Counted from the stretch's first letter, positions 9,794 through 17,681 are shown. The stretch is 35,768 nucleotides of DNA from a virus (IMGVR_UViG_3300032218_000317:1-35768); one strand, 5' to 3'. The notes: generated by a model not told the origin, from the letters alone. Made by a program: numbers and translations.

Positions 9794-10371
9794 TGTATTA
9801 CACATACGCCCATTACACTCCTAAAGGCGACCTTTTCTATATAGGAAAGGGAAAAAATGACCGTGCTTATTCTTATCGTGATAGAGGGTATCAATGGCAT
9901 GATGTAGTGGCTAAAAATCGTGGTATTTCTATTGAAATATTAGCAGATTGGCATACAGAAGAAGAAGCATTAAGCCACGAAGAATTGCTTATTTCATGCT
10001 TTAAAGAAATGGGTGCAAATTTAGTCAATTTGACAAATGGAGGCCTTGGTGTAAAAGGTTATAAACAATCACCAGAAACTCGTCAAAAAAGAATTGGCTT
10101 ATTGGCTGGGTATAAGCATCAAAATGTTGTATGTCCTGTATGCAAAAAAGAAGGCGGTAAAACAGCCATGAAACGCTGGCATTTTGAAAAATGCACAGGA
10201 AATCGCCCATTTAAAGCACGAATATCTTATAATGGCAAAAGAATTTATTTGGGATATTTTGCAACAAAACAAGAAGCAGACCAAAAGTGTATTGATTTTT
10301 ATGCTTCAGTAAACAAACCATTACCTAAAGAATTTATTAGGCATAAAGGAACAAAACAATGTCAAGCGTAG
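9793..10371 (+). CDS. Free-standing GIY-YIG-type homing endonuclease with C-terminal AP2-like DNA-binding segment
   Basis: YYTYAH..FYIGKG..RAY..E..LI..NL.NGG catalytic pattern, CPVC, and ARISYNGKRIYLGYFATKQEA. Confidence 0.75.
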   Translation: MYYTYAHYTPKGDLFYIGKGKNDRAYSYRDRGYQWHDVVAKNRGISIEILADWHTEEEALSHEELLISCFKEMGANLVNLTNGGLGVKGYKQSPETRQKRIGLLAGYKHQNVVCPVCKKEGGKTAMKRWHFEKCTGNRPFKARISYNGKRIYLGYFATKQEADQKCIDFYASVNKPLPKEFIRHKGTKQCQA

Positions 10372-10889
10372 TCATTTCAGGCGATTCATCAGGTCAAGTT
10401 TCATTGACCGTGCCATCTGCCGCAGGAACAAACACAGCGACCCTTCCAGCCGCTACTGGCACAGTAATGGTTAGCGGTAATATGCCAGCGTTTAGCGCTT
10501 ATGCTAATACAACTCAAAGCATTTCATCATCTACTTTTACTAAATTAAATTTTCAAGCTAAAGAATTTGATACCGCCTCTTGTTTTGACAATACTACAAA
10601 TTATCGTTTCACCCCTACTGTAGCTGGCTATTATCAAATTAATAGTGGATATAATGTTGGTGGAACTATAACAAATGGTCTTATTTCTATTTTTAAAAAT
10701 GGTTCAGAATATAAAAGAGGCGTTTGGTTTGCAACTAATTATGCAAATTCAACTATTTCTTCAATAGTTTATTTTAATGGTTCTACTGACTATATTGAAA
10801 TTTATGCTTATATTGTAGGAGTAAGCATAGTCATTGGTTCAGGTTCAAATGAAACTTGGGTTAATGGTTCAATGATAAGGGCTGCATAA
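10359..10889 (+). CDS. Short tail adhesin with C1q/TNF-like domain
   Basis: PAFSAY..F..EFDT..FD..YRFTPTVAGYYQI..SSIVYFNGSTDYIEIY. Confidence 0.7.
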   Translation: MSSVVISGDSSGQVSLTVPSAAGTNTATLPAATGTVMVSGNMPAFSAYANTTQSISSSTFTKLNFQAKEFDTASCFDNTTNYRFTPTVAGYYQINSGYNVGGTITNGLISIFKNGSEYKRGVWFATNYANSTISSIVYFNGSTDYIEIYAYIVGVSIVIGSGSNETWVNGSMIRAA

Positions 10890-11044
10890 TGTACGAAAAA
10901 ATCATGGCTCTATATCCTAGCCTTACACAACAGGATTTCTTGACTGTAATCACACTTCAAAACGATTCAGACGGCAAAGGCGATTACATTGCTAAATGGG
11001 AACACCCTACACTAGATAGACCAACAGATGAGGAATTAGCATAA
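10889..11044 (+). CDS. Small XkdW/YorD-like tail-fibre partner, 51 aa (not in the ORF track)
   Basis: MYEKIMALYPSLTQQDFLTVITLQNDSDGKGDYIAKWEHPTLDRPTDEELA; TAATG overlaps at both ends. Confidence 0.75.
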   Translation: MYEKIMALYPSLTQQDFLTVITLQNDSDGKGDYIAKWEHPTLDRPTDEELA

Positions 11045-12120
11045 TGGCTTACGGACAAGTTTCGGCAGATGTAATAAACACTTCAGTTAGCGGTAGTTCG
11101 CTAGGTGCTGGTAACGCTTCTATTATGAAAAATAGGTTCATCAATGGTGCAATGATGATTAGTCAGCGTAACGGCACAAGCACAGTTACTCCTGCGGCTG
11201 GCGATTACACTCTTGACCGCTATCGCACAGTAGCAAATGCCGCTTCAAAGTTTTCCGTTGCACAAAGTTCTGATGCACCTGCTGGGTTTGTAAATAGCCT
11301 TTTAGTTACTTCTTTATCTGCATATTCGGTAGCTTCAGGAGATGAATTAGGTATTCAGCAACGAATTGAAGGTTACAACATTTCAGATTTAGCATGGGGA
11401 ACTGCTAACGCTAAAACTGTTACTGTTTCTTTTTGGATTAAATCATCATTAACTGGTAGTTTTGGTGCTTCATTAACCAATGGTTCGTTCAATCGTTGGT
11501 ATCCTTTTAGCTACACAATTTCTTCCGCAAATACTTGGACACAAGTTAGCGTAACTATTGCTGGCGATACAACTGGCACATGGGCTACAAACAATACAAC
11601 TGGTATTCAAATTGAATTTGGACTTGGTGTTGGTTCAACCCTACAAGGTGCGGCTAACGCATGGACAAGTTCTGTTTATGTAGTTCCAACTGGTTCTGTT
11701 TCTGTTGTTGGCACAAATGCCGCCACATGGCAATTAACAGGACTTCAACTAGAAGTAGGAAGTAGTGCTACTGGATATGAGTATCGTCAGTATGGTCAAG
11801 AGTTAGCATTGTGTCAGAGGTATTTTGAAATATTTGGAAGAAGTGGTGTTGGAGGTTCAAGAACTTCTGCATTATTTACTCTTAATTTCCCTTTTGCTGT
11901 TGCAAAACGGGCATCGCCAACTATTGCACAAACAACAACTTTTTCACTTTTAGTAATTGGTGTTGCTAGTTACACGGCAAATTCTATAAACGCATCAAAT
12001 CCAACAACAAGTGGCACTCAACTAGATTTTAATACTTCAAGCGGAAGCACAGGAACATTTCCTACTGTATATGGTAATGGTTCTGCTTCTGATGTATTAA
12101 CTGCTTCTGCGGAGTTATAA
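11044..12120 (+). CDS. Tail adhesin with carbohydrate-binding-like domain
   Basis: [43 protein letters not shown] motif set of phage fibre proteins. Confidence 0.75.
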   Translation: MAYGQVSADVINTSVSGSSLGAGNASIMKNRFINGAMMISQRNGTSTVTPAAGDYTLDRYRTVANAASKFSVAQSSDAPAGFVNSLLVTSLSAYSVASGDELGIQQRIEGYNISDLAWGTANAKTVTVSFWIKSSLTGSFGASLTNGSFNRWYPFSYTISSANTWTQVSVTIAGDTTGTWATNNTTGIQIEFGLGVGSTLQGAANAWTSSVYVVPTGSVSVVGTNAATWQLTGLQLEVGSSATGYEYRQYGQELALCQRYFEIFGRSGVGGSRTSALFTLNFPFAVAKRASPTIAQTTTFSLLVIGVASYTANSINASNPTTSGTQLDFNTSSGSTGTFPTVYGNGSASDVLTASAEL

Positions 12121-12121
12121 A

Positions 12122-12283
12122 ATGTATAAACAATGTAAAAACGAATTTAATGAAATTGTTAATTGTGTAATTCGCACAACAGATGGTGCTTGCATCCCAT
12201 TCGACCCAGCCAACACAGACTACCAAGCCTACCTTGCATGGGTAGCTGAAGGCAATACACCATTACCAGCAGAGGAAGCATAA
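12122..12283 (+). CDS. Small tail-fibre assembly-like partner, 53 aa (not in the ORF track)
   Basis: [53 protein letters not shown]. Confidence 0.75.
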   Translation: MYKQCKNEFNEIVNCVIRTTDGACIPFDPANTDYQAYLAWVAEGNTPLPAEEA

Positions 12284-12807
12284 TGACATTTATTATTGAT
12301 GGAACAAATGGCGAAACATTCCCTGATAGCACTACGCAATCAACTTCAGCATTAGTAGCTGGAAAAGTGCCATATTCAACATTGCCTGCAGGTAGCGTAT
12401 TGCAGGTAGTTCAAACTGCATATAACACTATTTTATCTACTACATCTACTTCTTATGTAACAACTGGTTTATCAGCTTCAATTACGCCTAAATTTTCTAC
12501 AAGTAAAATTGTAGCAACAGTAAATATGCCTTCAGCAACCTTAAATAATGCTGCACAAAATACAATTACTGTTTTTAGAGGTGCAACTAATTTAGGAATT
12601 AGTGGTGGGGCACAACAAGGATTTAATCAATTATATAATGCCGCAGGTCAAGGACAATGTTCATTAACTGCTTGTTATTTAGATTCTCCTGCAACTACAT
12701 CATCTACAACATATACTGTTTATTTTGCATCTACAAATGGTGGAACAGTACAAGTATTTAATAATCAATTAACAGGAACAATGATTCTTATGGAGATTGC
12801 GGGATGA
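12283..12807 (+). CDS. Short tail adhesin
   Basis: PAGSVLQVVQ..GLSASITPKFSTSKI..LDSPATTSSTTYTV..LMEIAG. Confidence 0.7.
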   Translation: MTFIIDGTNGETFPDSTTQSTSALVAGKVPYSTLPAGSVLQVVQTAYNTILSTTSTSYVTTGLSASITPKFSTSKIVATVNMPSATLNNAAQNTITVFRGATNLGISGGAQQGFNQLYNAAGQGQCSLTACYLDSPATTSSTTYTVYFASTNGGTVQVFNNQLTGTMILMEIAG

Positions 12808-13052
12808 TTGATATTCACCAAGCTATTTATGCACTTAATTCTTCTGTAGTTACCATTCGTGGCGATGTAGCTTATGACGCTAATGAAAAAGAAGTTGCTT
12901 ACGACAAGTCAGCCGCAGAAGCTAAATTAGCCCAATTACAAGCAGAAGAAGCCGCCAAAGAACAAGCCGCTAAAGATGCAAAGGCTTCTGCACTAGCTAA
13001 ATTAACTGCACTTGGTCTTACACAAGACGAAGTTAAAGCATTGATAGGTTAA
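12804..13052 (+). CDS. Small tail-fibre partner protein
   Basis: 82 aa, ATGA overlap, ends KASALAKLTALGLTQDEVKALIG. Confidence 0.65.
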   Translation: MIDIHQAIYALNSSVVTIRGDVAYDANEKEVAYDKSAAEAKLAQLQAEEAAKEQAAKDAKASALAKLTALGLTQDEVKALIG

Positions 13053-13053
13053 T

Positions 13054-13242
13054 ATGTTTATTATTTCTTGGGTATTTGACAAACTAGGTTATATGCCAAA
13101 AATTAGCGTTGATGCTAACTGGCCTTTCCCTGCTACGCAAAAAGACTATAAACCTCACCCTGATGAAGTTAAGCCTAAAAAAGTAGCTAAAAAAGCTGTT
13201 AAAATCCCTAAAGCGACTACTCGCAAACCTAAAACTAAATAA
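13054..13242 (+). CDS. Hypothetical Lys-rich protein
   Basis: 62-aa ORF in the operon. Confidence 0.6.
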   Translation: MFIISWVFDKLGYMPKISVDANWPFPATQKDYKPHPDEVKPKKVAKKAVKIPKATTRKPKTK

Positions 13243-13253
13243 AGAGTAGTGGT

Positions 13254-13469
13254 ATGGCTGATATTGAAAAATTCGATATGTTTAAATTTGGCGGCTTGGT
13301 AAACCAAGTCGAGAATTTGCAGCATAAAGTTGATGACATGGACAGGGACATCAAAGAATTATTAGAGTTAGCCAATAAGTCTAGGGGTGGTTTCTGGATG
13401 GGCATGACCATCGCTTCTCTTGTAGGTGGTTTTATTACTTACATCACTACATTCTTATTTCACAAGTGA
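13254..13469 (+). CDS. Coiled-coil protein with C-terminal TM helix (XhlA/holin-accessory-like)
   Basis: Heptad segment followed by GGFWMGMTIASLVGGFITYI; start of the lysis cluster. Confidence 0.55.
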   Translation: MADIEKFDMFKFGGLVNQVENLQHKVDDMDRDIKELLELANKSRGGFWMGMTIASLVGGFITYITTFLFHK

Positions 13470-13648
13470 AAGCACATCGTAGTAAAACAATGTGGTTTTC
13501 CCTTGCGTTAGTTGTATTTGGCGCATTATTTGACAACTTTACCTATTTACAGTCAGTTATTGACCCTCAATATTATGGTGCGCTACTTGTTGCTATTGGC
13601 ATTATTGTGGCTGTGCTTAGGTTTATTACTACGAAGCCTATAGAATGA
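13466..13648 (+). CDS. Putative holin
   Basis: 60 aa, two hydrophobic segments, SKTMWF..LRFITTKP; GTG start overlapping the upstream stop. Confidence 0.6.
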   Translation: MKAHRSKTMWFSLALVVFGALFDNFTYLQSVIDPQYYGALLVAIGIIVAVLRFITTKPIE

Positions 13649-14043
13649 TTGATTATGTCAAAATTTCACTTATTGCTGGCATATGTGCTATTGCTTTTGG
13701 CAGTGGGTGGTGGATGGGCTATTCACGATATATTGAATATAAAAAGTCAGTTGAAATTGCCGCCAAAGAACAAGAAGCCCATGTCGAGTCAATCCAAAAA
13801 CAACACGAATTAGTAACCAAAGGAATAGCCAATGAATATGATGCAAAACTTGCTTTGTTGCGCCAGTATTATGCTAGTGGGGTGCGCCAGCCCAATTCCA
13901 GCAGCGTGTCCAACCTTTCCTCAACCTCCGCAATCGCTAATGCAAGTGCCGCCTACTCAGAACTTATTGGACAATGCGCTGAAACGACCCAGCAATTAGT
14001 CAGTTTGCAAGAATGGATTAACCAGCAAATAGGTATTAAATGA
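13645..14043 (+). CDS. Putative Rz-like spanin/lysis protein
   Basis: N-terminal TM helix then coiled coil; within the lysis cluster. Confidence 0.55.
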   Translation: MIDYVKISLIAGICAIAFGSGWWMGYSRYIEYKKSVEIAAKEQEAHVESIQKQHELVTKGIANEYDAKLALLRQYYASGVRQPNSSSVSNLSSTSAIANASAAYSELIGQCAETTQQLVSLQEWINQQIGIK

Positions 14044-14261
14044 CAAAGGACAAATTAAGCGCTTATGTTACGCTTACTGCTACTTGCACCCTTACTATTA
14101 TTTTATTGTCTATGGTTGGGGCTTTGCTTATTGGCTTATTTAACCCTATGGTTGATAACACAAAAATATTTGAAGCCATTACGCCAGCATTTCAAACGAT
14201 TGTAGGCGGTTTTATTGGGCTTATTACAGGCATAAAAATAGGCACAGACAATGCAGGGTAA
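14040..14261 (+). CDS. Two-TM membrane protein (holin-like)
   Basis: Two hydrophobic segments; directly before the endolysin. Confidence 0.55.
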   Translation: MTKDKLSAYVTLTATCTLTIILLSMVGALLIGLFNPMVDNTKIFEAITPAFQTIVGGFIGLITGIKIGTDNAG

Positions 14262-14763
14262 CTTTAAAGAATGTTTAGACTTGGTATTAAAGTCAGAAGG
14301 TGGTTGGGTTAATAATCCAGCAGACCCTGGTGGTGAAACGAATTTAGGGGTTACCAAGCGAGTATGGGAAGAATATGTAGGTCATCCTGTGACCACAATG
14401 AAAAACTTAACACCAGAATTAGTAGCGCCAATGTACGAACAAAAATACTGGAGACCATGCTATGGGGAAATACTACCTAGGGGACTCGACTTTGTTACAT
14501 TTTCAATGGGAGTTAACGCAGGCCCAGGCAGGGCAGTTAAACTGCTTCAACAAGCTATTGGATGTATACCTGACGGAGTTATTGGCCCAAGAACAAGAGA
14601 ACTTATTTCCAACAGTAATAGTGCAACTCTTATCGCTAAATTCTCAGAAGCTAGGCGAGAATATTACAGAACACTAAAGACTTTTCCAATATTTGGAAAG
14701 GGCTGGCTAAATCGTGTAGACCACGAAGAAGCGCAAGCCCTTAATATGGCTAAAAACGGCTAA
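14251..14763 (+). CDS. Endolysin, glycoside hydrolase family 108 with peptidoglycan-binding domain
   Basis: EGGWVNNPADPGGETNLGVT, VNAGPGRA.KLLQ, DGVIGPRT, FGKGWLNRV. Confidence 0.92.
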   Translation: MQGNFKECLDLVLKSEGGWVNNPADPGGETNLGVTKRVWEEYVGHPVTTMKNLTPELVAPMYEQKYWRPCYGEILPRGLDFVTFSMGVNAGPGRAVKLLQQAIGCIPDGVIGPRTRELISNSNSATLIAKFSEARREYYRTLKTFPIFGKGWLNRVDHEEAQALNMAKNG

Positions 14764-14932
14764 TAAGCCAAGCAACTAGCACTAAAGCTGTAATAACCCC
14801 AAAAACAGCCCATAAATGGTCGTATTCGGCTTTTTGCGGCATTTCTATACCTATAGCATAGTCAGCGTCTTTAAACGCCTCAGAAGCGCTGCTATAGCTT
14901 TTACCAACCATTCCAAAACTTCTCGTACTCAT
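14750..14932 (-). CDS. Hypothetical protein with C-terminal TM helix
   Basis: Start placed at ATG 14932 behind an AAGGGGAAA RBS (14938-14946); the frame is open to 15001. Confidence 0.6.
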   Translation of the reverse strand: MSTRSFGMVGKSYSSASEAFKDADYAIGIEMPQKAEYDHLWAVFGVITALVLVAWLISRF

Positions 14933-14981
14933 AGTAATTTCCCCTTCTTTGCAATTGACTGTGTAACTGCCATCTTTTTCT

Positions 14982-15152
14982 TTATAAATAACGGTCTTCA
15001 TAGCTTAACCAAGGTTTAGACTTCAAAACATACCCAAAAACATAATGCAATGGGTCGTATTTTTCTATTTCTTTGCGCTTTAAATTAAGACTAAGGTTTT
15101 GTATTTCAAAGTCTATGTTGTTTCGCAGTTTAAAAGCGTCATAACAAGTCAA
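14982..15152 (-). CDS. Hypothetical protein
   Basis: TTG start at 15152 behind AAAAGGGGG; fills the gap in the operon. Confidence 0.45.
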   Translation of the reverse strand: MTCYDAFKLRNNIDFEIQNLSLNLKRKEIEKYDPLHYVFGYVLKSKPWLSYEDRYL

Positions 15153-15393
15153 TTTGACCCCCTTTTGCTTTAAGCGCTTTAAGATAATTTTTAAGTGCGG
15201 TGTCGTCATCCCTAAATATTAGATTAAAAAGATGATTTGTTGGGCAGCGTGGTGTGTGCGGTTCAAATGTGCCTTTTCGGACATAGAAAGAAAATGCCCT
15301 ACAAGCCAATTCTTCATTTTTGCAATTTTGTGCTTGGTCGCACTTGTCGCATGGTGCTTCGCCTTCAAAAACTCTGCGAATGTAATCTTCCAT
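15139..15393 (-). CDS. Cys-rich hypothetical protein
   Basis: AAGGGGAA RBS; PCDKC..C..C pattern. Confidence 0.7.
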   Translation of the reverse strand: MEDYIRRVFEGEAPCDKCDQAQNCKNEELACRAFSFYVRKGTFEPHTPRCPTNHLFNLIFRDDDTALKNYLKALKAKGGQIDLL

Positions 15394-15412
15394 TTATTCC
15401 CCTTAAAAAGAA

Positions 15413-15481
15413 AGCAGGTCAAGGTCTTTTTAGTTTGAAATCCCTACGGGCCATAAAGCTGAATAGTGTCAATGACCTGCT
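15413..15481 (-). ncRNA. Candidate structured leader/sRNA: 9-bp closing stem around a 51-nt interior
   Basis: AGCAGGTCA (15413-15421) and TGACCTGCT (15473-15481) are perfect inverted repeats. Confidence 0.45.
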
Positions 15482-15551
15482 ATGAAAGTAATTTATTACT
15501 GTTTTCAAGGGTTAGACATAGGTGTTTACCCTAGTTTTGCATAAATACAAC

Positions 15552-15639
15552 AGGGCTGTATTTGGCAGTTACTGCGAATAGGGCAGAAAGCCGCAAAATT
15601 CCCTAATTACTGCATCCTACATTGGCGGCTTAACGCCCT
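15552..15639 (-). ncRNA. Candidate pseudoknotted RNA
   Basis: Four nested helices plus a 7-bp bulge-to-apical-loop pairing (AAGCCGC/GCGGCUU). Strand inferred from the operon direction. Confidence 0.6.
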
Positions 15640-15647
15640 TAAAAAGG

Positions 15648-15678
15648 TGACCTACTCGCTTCTTTACGCTTTCGGTCA
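15648..15678 (-). ncRNA. Hairpin with loop-E/bulged-G-like internal loop
   Basis: UGACC-GAAA-GC-GUAAAGAA-GC-GAGUA-GGUCA, with GAA opposite AGUA. Confidence 0.45.
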
Positions 15679-15683
15679 TAGAA

Positions 15684-15744
15684 GGTGGGGGCGGTCTGCA
15701 CGGACAGACATGGTAGATGAAAAGGGGAAAATCACCTCGCCCCC
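15684..15744 (-). ncRNA. Candidate tRNA-like (D-armless) small RNA with an anti-RBS loop
   Basis: GGGGGCG AGGUGA UUUUCCCCUUU UCAUCU ACCAU GUCUG UCCGUG CAGAC CGCCCCC ACC; one G.U pair favours the minus strand. Confidence 0.65.
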
Positions 15745-15749
15745 GTTGT

Positions 15750-16499
15750 TTAGTTTAACTTATTTTTAAGTTTGTATATGCCTAAAAGATGTAAAAACAT
15801 TTGATAGCCGTCTCTAAGGTCTTGTTCGGTATGTTCATAGATGGCAACTTCCCCAGTTTCACCATTGATATACACATTGGCGCATCGTGCAGAAGGTGCT
15901 AAGACCTCTCTATACGCTGCTAGTTGTGTGGTATGTTCTAGGTAGGGTGTTAAATCACCAGGGGATTTTTCTGTCGTCTTAAAGTCAATTACTACCCCAG
16001 AAAAGTCATGGCGTGCTTTGCAATACAAATCGCACTTACCACCATATCCCTCTTGGGCATTTACTAGACTCTGTTCAGCAATCCATAACTGAGGCCCAAA
16101 ATGGGCTGTTATAGCCTCGTCTACCTTGCGGACATACGCTGGCATATCTGGCAGGTATTCTTGGCTGTAAAACGATTCTAAGAAGTCATGGATGATTGTG
16201 CCTCGGTCAGCCGCTTCTTTAGATTTGCGCTTGGCTAACTCTAAGATTCTGTAAACCCAATCTTTTTCTTCTTCATCTTCGTAGCGTGGGTATTCAACGG
16301 CTGCGTATAAGACTTGTGTTTGTTTCCAAGTGTCAAGTCCAGCTTTAGATAATTGGCTGTTAATTGTAGAAACGGAAGGTACGAGAGTTCCTGGGTTTGC
16401 TTTTGCGTCACGCAAAGTTGTGCTTCTCTCTTTTCCATTTTTTCCTATAGTTGTATATCGTGGTGCGCCAGTTACGGCATCGTACCAATGTTCACTCAT
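15750..16499 (-). CDS. PD-(D/E)XK exonuclease-like protein
   Basis: PSVSTI, AADRGTIIH, E..GYGGKCD..VIDFKT..QLAAY motifs. Confidence 0.85.
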   Translation of the reverse strand: MSEHWYDAVTGAPRYTTIGKNGKERSTTLRDAKANPGTLVPSVSTINSQLSKAGLDTWKQTQVLYAAVEYPRYEDEEEKDWVYRILELAKRKSKEAADRGTIIHDFLESFYSQEYLPDMPAYVRKVDEAITAHFGPQLWIAEQSLVNAQEGYGGKCDLYCKARHDFSGVVIDFKTTEKSPGDLTPYLEHTTQLAAYREVLAPSARCANVYINGETGEVAIYEHTEQDLRDGYQMFLHLLGIYKLKNKLN

Positions 16500-16518
16500 A
16501 ATTTCCCCTTTGTTTACT

Positions 16519-16716
16519 TCAGTCTAGTAACTTAGTTATTTCTTGGCGGCTTGCTTCGTCAAGACAGCAGTCCGCACAAGTTTTTATTACATCACGGATT
16601 ACAGCAGCTAAGTCATTAACCTCAAACGCTATTAGCTGTCTTTCTTCATCTACCCCAAAAGGTTCTGTAGAAACTATGGCCTTATCGCCAATAACATCTT
16701 TGATATGACTTAGCAT
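16519..16716 (-). CDS. Hypothetical protein
   Basis: 65 aa with AGGAG RBS, in the operon. Confidence 0.65.
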   Translation of the reverse strand: MLSHIKDVIGDKAIVSTEPFGVDEERQLIAFEVNDLAAVIRDVIKTCADCCLDEASRQEITKLLD

Positions 16717-16725
16717 GGCTTTCTC

Positions 16726-16983
16726 CTAGAACGGAACTTCGTCATCAACGATTGTGTTGCGTGGCAGTTCGTCAGCGCCACGAGGCGTAAACCCTACTGG
16801 TTGTTTTTCTTTGCCAATAGACACGCTAAAAAATTTACCTTTTTTGCCTTCTTTACCCCACGCAGAAAGATAATGTTCACGCCCATTGACCATAATGCTG
16901 CCTGTATAGTCTGGGTGAGTCTCAGTCGTTTTGCGGTCATTTTTAAATAAACTCCCAGAACCTTCTTTTGGTACATAAGCCAT
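16726..16983 (-). CDS. Small single-stranded DNA-binding protein-like
   Basis: GSLFKN..HPDYTG..LSAW; acidic C-terminal DDEVPF tail; adjacent to ERF. Confidence 0.75.
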   Translation of the reverse strand: MAYVPKEGSGSLFKNDRKTTETHPDYTGSIMVNGREHYLSAWGKEGKKGKFFSVSIGKEKQPVGFTPRGADELPRNTIVDDEVPF

Positions 16984-16985
16984 AA

Positions 16986-17414
16986 TTAAATATCCTTTGC
17001 TTTTACTACTGGTTTAGGTGACGAAGCGGCATTACCGTCATCGTCTGCTTGAACTACTCCAACTACTGCTGCTAATGCGTATCTACGCATATATGTGATA
17101 GCCGAACCTGCGCCTTGTGCGTCAGCTTTAGTGACAGGCACAGACATTTCTTGGCTAATGTATTCGCCAGATTTGTGGCTAATGATTGTTGTCAAAGACA
17201 TAGACTTGTCTAACTCTGAATACATACCAGGAAACTGCATAACTGCTAGGCCATTTTCAGCTAGCAAGCTACGGCACGCATCCCATACAGATTCAAGGTC
17301 AGCGTATTTAGATTTAAAGAAAGGGTTAGCAGAATCTTTAACAGCATGGGACATTTTGCCCTGCACAATAGATAAAGCTAATGATAAGTTTGCAATGCTT
17401 TCTGATTGAATCAT
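16986..17414 (-). CDS. erf: ERF-family single-strand annealing protein
   Basis: KDSANPFFKSKYADL and Q..GSAITYMRRYAL....DDDGN signature. Confidence 0.92.
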   Translation of the reverse strand: MIQSESIANLSLALSIVQGKMSHAVKDSANPFFKSKYADLESVWDACRSLLAENGLAVMQFPGMYSELDKSMSLTTIISHKSGEYISQEMSVPVTKADAQGAGSAITYMRRYALAAVVGVVQADDDGNAASSPKPVVKAKDI

Positions 17415-17611
17415 TTTGCACTTCCAAATACATTGCCAAAATCTTCAAATACTGATTGCAATAAGTTGTTGCGTTTGTTGTTTGGTTTGCCACAAGCAGC
17501 ACGAATAACATCTACATCGTCTTGTGATAGTTCTGTGCCATACTCCATGTTGTCCAACGCAACTTCTAAGCGTTGTTCCATTTCATTCATAACTTCAAAC
17601 ATTTCATCCAT
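17411..17611 (-). CDS. Hypothetical acidic protein; first gene of the leftward operon
   Basis: AAGGGGGA RBS; ATGA overlap with erf. Confidence 0.7.
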   Translation of the reverse strand: MDEMFEVMNEMEQRLEVALDNMEYGTELSQDDVDVIRAACGKPNNKRNNLLQSVFEDFGNVFGSAK

Positions 17612-17652
17612 TTAAGTCCCCCTTAAATACATAGCGAATTTGCTATATACAC

Positions 17653-17681
17653 ACTATAAGCCAACTTATAAAGTTTTGCAA
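17653..17681 (-). promoter_or_regulatory. Leftward sigma70-type promoter with overlapping palindromic operator
   Basis: TTGCAA-17 nt-TATAGT; palindrome TATAAG-CCAA-CTTATA at 17655-17670. Confidence 0.7.

Noticed and set aside
9793-10371. Group I intron or intein around the endonuclease
   Set aside because: Flanking genes are intact and overlap the ORF directly, leaving no intron core sequence.
10359-12807. Diversity-generating retroelement or invertible tail-fibre switch
   Set aside because: No reverse transcriptase, no TR/VR repeat pair and no invertase seen.
15423-15450. CRISPR-repeat mimic (GTC...TTTGAAAT)
   Set aside because: Only the ending resembles a repeat; single copy on the strand opposite the likely transcript; not supportable without a search.
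15552-15639. Twister or pistol ribozyme
   Set aside because: The UAA-GCCGC start is superficially twister-like, but I could not find the conserved catalytic-core residues or the helix order.
15684-15744. Bona fide tRNA or tmRNA gene
   Set aside because: No D arm, an 11-nt loop in place of a 7-nt anticodon loop, a 6-nt non-canonical T loop and no tag reading frame. Kept only as tRNA-like.
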